Shown here: positions 60,663 to 64,000 of the stretch, piece by piece
Layout: every line of letters starts with the position of its first letter
How positions within the stretch are numbered: the stretch's first letter is position 1
The notes under the pieces: model-generated
What the model was told of the DNA's origin: nothing
The model's input: the letters and a program-made list of their open reading frames with translations, nothing else
Database searches by the model: none
Position numbers and translations under genes: made by a program
Assembly: GCA_965243395.1 (NCBI GenBank)
Contig: CBDEUS010000002.1
Location: 704,001 to 768,000 of the forward strand
Length of the DNA: 64,000 bases
Direction: 5' to 3'
Origin: Gammaproteobacteria bacterium
GTDB lineage: Bacteria > Pseudomonadota > Gammaproteobacteria > UBA4575

Positions 60663-61214
60663 GTCGGTTGTTTTTGTATTTAGCTGCGTGCCAGTGAAAT
60701 ATTTCACTATGAATAATGCAATCGGAAATAATAATCCCCACTCGATGAAATAAAACGTAAATGTTTTCCATAGGGGTTCTGCAAACTGTAGAGCCCCCAG
60801 TTTGTGTCCAAGGAGATAACTCAAACTACCTCCTATAGCACCCGCGACGGAGGCGATCTTTAAGTTTTTACGCAACCAGTACAAGCTATAAGGCACCATG
60901 AGCGCGAAAACAAACCACAATGCTATTAACCAAGCCGGTATCGGTAAATATTGATTTGTATATCCAGGGAAGGATAAGAGATTTAATTGCGCGAACACGC
61001 TATCAACAGCAATACCGATGAAACCAATGATGAGCATTATTTTTAAGTCACGTATCGGTAGCTTGCTAAATATAAAATGAGCGGTGATGTACGCAAAACC
61101 AACATAAACACCCAGTAGTGGCATCGCATGTGTTGCACCATATGCACAAGCCGCCCATGTAGCTTGCAAACCGATAAAATTAAAAATTAAAAATGCTAGA
61201 TTTTTGCTCATCAT
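60651..61214 (-). CDS. DUF2878 family membrane protein
   Basis: [19 protein letters not shown] and [13 protein letters not shown]. Confidence 0.8.
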   Translation of the reverse strand: MMSKNLAFLIFNFIGLQATWAACAYGATHAMPLLGVYVGFAYITAHFIFSKLPIRDLKIMLIIGFIGIAVDSVFAQLNLLSFPGYTNQYLPIPAWLIALWFVFALMVPYSLYWLRKNLKIASVAGAIGGSLSYLLGHKLGALQFAEPLWKTFTFYFIEWGLLFPIALFIVKYFTGTQLNTKTTDSAF

Positions 61215-62476
61215 TGAAATCGATTTGCAGGTTTCTTTAGTATTAGTTGCTGTACGTCAATAACTCGCTCCTCGAAGCCCGCTTGGCAATATTTAAGATA
61301 ATATTCCCATAAGCGTATAAAGGCTTGGCCATAACCTAGCTCCAAGACTTTTTCTTTATTATTAATAAATCGTTGATACCAGATTTCTAATGTTTTTCCG
61401 TAACTAGCGGCATAGCTTTCGGAGTGAAATAAAGTTAAATCACTATTTTTTGCAATTGAGGTGAGCATAGACGACATACTCGGTAAGCTACCCCCGGGAA
61501 ATACATATTTACGTATGAAATCTAAAGAGTTTTGATATCGATCATGAAGATAGTCCGAGATAGTGATCGCTTGAACTAAAAAAGCACCATCCGGTTTTAA
61601 TAGCTTGCTACAAATATCAAAATAATCATCTAAATACTGATTGCCAACCGATTCAATCATCTCAATAGAAACTAATTTGTCATATTGTCCTCGTAGCGTC
61701 CGATAGTCTTGTTTCAATATTGTAATTTGTGCGCTTAAATTAGCCTCATTAATTTTTTCTACTGCATAATCATATTGCTGGTCTGAAATTGTTGTAGTAG
61801 TAACTTTGCAACCATAGTTTTGCGCAGCATAAATAGCAAAACCACCCCAACCACAGCCAATTTCAAGTAGATGGTCTTGAGGTTTTAACTTTAATTTTTC
61901 GCAAATTATTTTAAGCTTGTACTCGGCAGCATCCTCGAGTGTATTGTTCACTGATGTGAAACAGGCTGATGAATACATCATTTTTTCGTCAAGGAAAAGC
62001 TTGTAGAAATCGTTGCCGATATCATAATGCGCAAGGATGTTACGTTTAGATCCTTGAGTACTATTTTTATTGATTGCATGTCCAATTGCATAAAATGGCT
62101 TAGCGACTGATGCAAAACCTGATTTAAATGAAAATAATACATCGCGATTCAAGGTAAATACTCGCATTACATTGAGTAAATTATCAGTTGACCACCACCC
62201 TTTTACAAAAGTATTACCAGCAGCTGGTTCACCACCAAATAATATTGCCCTAAATACCTGAGAGTTTTGAACACGAATGACAGCATGCAATTCACTTTGC
62301 ATATCTTTGTCACCAAAATCATAAACCATTTCGTCTACATGAATTTGTAAAAAACCATGTTCAATAAGATCAAGTTTTTTAAATAAAATATTTTTTGCGA
62401 ATTGACTCATCCAACACATTTCATGCTGAATGACATTGTTATTAGTTTTATATTTTGGAATTATCGACATAAGCAA
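61211..62476 (-). CDS. cfa: Cyclopropane-fatty-acyl-phospholipid synthase family methyltransferase
   Basis: NILAHYDIGNDFY, MMYSSA, LEIGCGWG, SIEMIE, KYVFPGG and RLWEYYL. Confidence 0.92.
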   Translation of the reverse strand: MLMSIIPKYKTNNNVIQHEMCWMSQFAKNILFKKLDLIEHGFLQIHVDEMVYDFGDKDMQSELHAVIRVQNSQVFRAILFGGEPAAGNTFVKGWWSTDNLLNVMRVFTLNRDVLFSFKSGFASVAKPFYAIGHAINKNSTQGSKRNILAHYDIGNDFYKLFLDEKMMYSSACFTSVNNTLEDAAEYKLKIICEKLKLKPQDHLLEIGCGWGGFAIYAAQNYGCKVTTTTISDQQYDYAVEKINEANLSAQITILKQDYRTLRGQYDKLVSIEMIESVGNQYLDDYFDICSKLLKPDGAFLVQAITISDYLHDRYQNSLDFIRKYVFPGGSLPSMSSMLTSIAKNSDLTLFHSESYAASYGKTLEIWYQRFINNKEKVLELGYGQAFIRLWEYYLKYCQAGFEERVIDVQQLILKKPANRFQ

Positions 62477-62479
62477 ATC

Positions 62480-63220
62480 CTACTGATGTTTGGGGTGTGG
62501 TATATACTGAATTCCTTTCAACCAAAGTTTTAGAGCTTCATAATGGATCATTGATGTAACTTTTAATGTCATTAAAGGGAATTTAAACAAAACACTCCTT
62601 AAGTTTTTAGCGTTTAACTGGATTTGATCTAAATATATAGAAGCATCAAATACTTTCTCATCTTTTTCCCAATTTTCGATATGAATATTCATATGCTCAT
62701 CGGGTTTTTGTATTTTCCATCGATATTGCAAATCCATATTTAGAAATGGAGAGACGTGGAATTCTTTTTGGTGAGAAAAAGAAATAGTCTCATTATTCTG
62801 TTGATTAGAAATCACATAACAATGTTGTTCTTTCCATGGTGTATTCATTACCTCTGCAACTACGTGAGTAAGTTCTTCACCTGATTTGTCGTAACAGAAA
62901 TAAACACTAAGTGGATTAAATACATATCCGAAATAACGAAAGTGGGTTAATAATCGAATCGGACCGCCTACACGATCACCTGTTTTCTCATATATAAGTG
63001 TACGTATGGAGTCAGCTAAATTTGCTTCTTTGCCATGATGGTCTTTGCGATAAAAAGAGGCTAGATTAGGCTTATTGACTGACCACAATAAAAACCTGTC
63101 AAAAAGGGTGGGCAGTTCATCTAAGTCCACATACATCATAAATAATGAATAGGTGAACCCATGAGCGCGAGGGGAATAGCGCTGATGACTAACTAGCCCT
63201 TTGTAAATACAGCTCTTCAT
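62480..63220 (-). CDS. DUF1365 family protein
   Basis: H.R..P..H.F.Y, FNPLSVYFC, EVMNTPW, KEFHVSPF and IHYEALKLWLKG. Confidence 0.92.
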   Translation of the reverse strand: MKSCIYKGLVSHQRYSPRAHGFTYSLFMMYVDLDELPTLFDRFLLWSVNKPNLASFYRKDHHGKEANLADSIRTLIYEKTGDRVGGPIRLLTHFRYFGYVFNPLSVYFCYDKSGEELTHVVAEVMNTPWKEQHCYVISNQQNNETISFSHQKEFHVSPFLNMDLQYRWKIQKPDEHMNIHIENWEKDEKVFDASIYLDQIQLNAKNLRSVLFKFPLMTLKVTSMIHYEALKLWLKGIQYIPHPKHQ

Positions 63221-64000
63221 CGTTTAAATATTGATTAAATTGTTCCACTGACTGTATAGCGCTCCATACCCCGTCTTCATGAAAGCCATTTCGCCAGTAG
63301 GCTCCACAGAACCATGTGTTTTGTTGACCATTTATTTCTGTATGTTGTCTTTGGGCATGAATAGCTGGATGGTCAAATATTGGATGCATGTATTGTATTG
63401 TTTTTAATATTTTTGACTCATTTATTTCTTGGTTAGGATTTAAAGTTACAAAGTAGTCTTCATCACAACTCAAATTTTGTAGACGATTCATATAATAGGT
63501 TACGTTTACATATTCATTTTTATTTTTGGGTACAGAATAATTCCATGATGACCACGCGCTTTTACGTTTTGGCATCGTATTTTTATCTGTGTGAAGTACA
63601 GCAATATTTTCTTGGTATTTGATATTTTCTAAAACACTTTTTTCTTTAGTGCTTGCCTGATCTAATAATTTTAGTGCTTGATCGCTATGACAAGCCAAAA
63701 AAGCATGATCAAAATATTCAGGTGGTCGGCCTTTAGCAAATATTTCTACTCTTCCTGCAACACGTTTTATGTTTTTAACAGGCGTGTTTATATGTATCTT
63801 GTTCGCAAAGGGTTTTATAAGTTCATCTACATACTGTTTCGAACCACCTATAATTGTTTTCCATTGTGGGCGTTGTTTCAAATTTAATAAGCCATGGTTC
63901 TTAAAAAATTCTAAAAAACTTTTTGCTGGATATTCGTTTATTTTTTCAATATTAGTAGACCATATCGCAGCACCCATTGGTAAAATATAATATTTGTTAA
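63189..64000 (-). CDS. FAD-dependent oxidoreductase (amine-oxidase-like), 5'-truncated by window edge
   Basis: PMGAAIWS, GGS..YV, ACHSDQAL, AWSSWNY, YMNRLQ and CGAYWRNGFHEDG. Frame stays open to the window end. Confidence 0.9.
   Translation of the reverse strand, partial: NKYYILPMGAAIWSTNIEKINEYPAKSFLEFFKNHGLLNLKQRPQWKTIIGGSKQYVDELIKPFANKIHINTPVKNIKRVAGRVEIFAKGRPPEYFDHAFLACHSDQALKLLDQASTKEKSVLENIKYQENIAVLHTDKNTMPKRKSAWSSWNYSVPKNKNEYVNVTYYMNRLQNLSCDEDYFVTLNPNQEINESKILKTIQYMHPIFDHPAIHAQRQHTEINGQQNTWFCGAYWRNGFHEDGVWSAIQSVEQFNQYLNDEELYLQRAS

Overview
AT-rich (roughly 35-40% GC by eye) gammaproteobacterial chromosomal segment. I found no rRNA, tRNA, CRISPR array, integrase or transposase. Housekeeping genes include a PPi-type pfk, adk, bolA, tatD, trhO, pepN, fabA, dinB, glycerate kinase, gltBD, ttcA, an ABC-F ATPase and phoX. 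The window also has a type IV minor-pilin cluster (fimT-pilV-pilW-pilX-pilY1, no pilE) and a cfa/DUF1365/FAD-oxidoreductase lipid-modification cluster. Four highlights: (1) A small minus-strand operon at 35.5-36.6 kb that looks like a translation-stress system. It has a near-leaderless 48-aa leader ORF, a mutually exclusive hairpin/terminator attenuator, two paralogous small proteins both ending in -EAA, and an ArfA-like basic protein whose 3' coding region folds into a long RNase III-type hairpin. (2) A GC-rich XylM/AlkB-like membrane diiron hydroxylase with a QxxHH third His box, divergent from a CarH-like MerR regulator that has lost its B12 ligands. (3) A cytoplasmic molybdopterin oxidoreductase paired with an FNR-2[4Fe-4S] fusion. 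(4) A 56-aa Arg-rich (D/E)RR-repeat protein missed by the ORF track, a candidate c-di-GMP binder. All functional calls come from motif recognition by eye; no searches were run.
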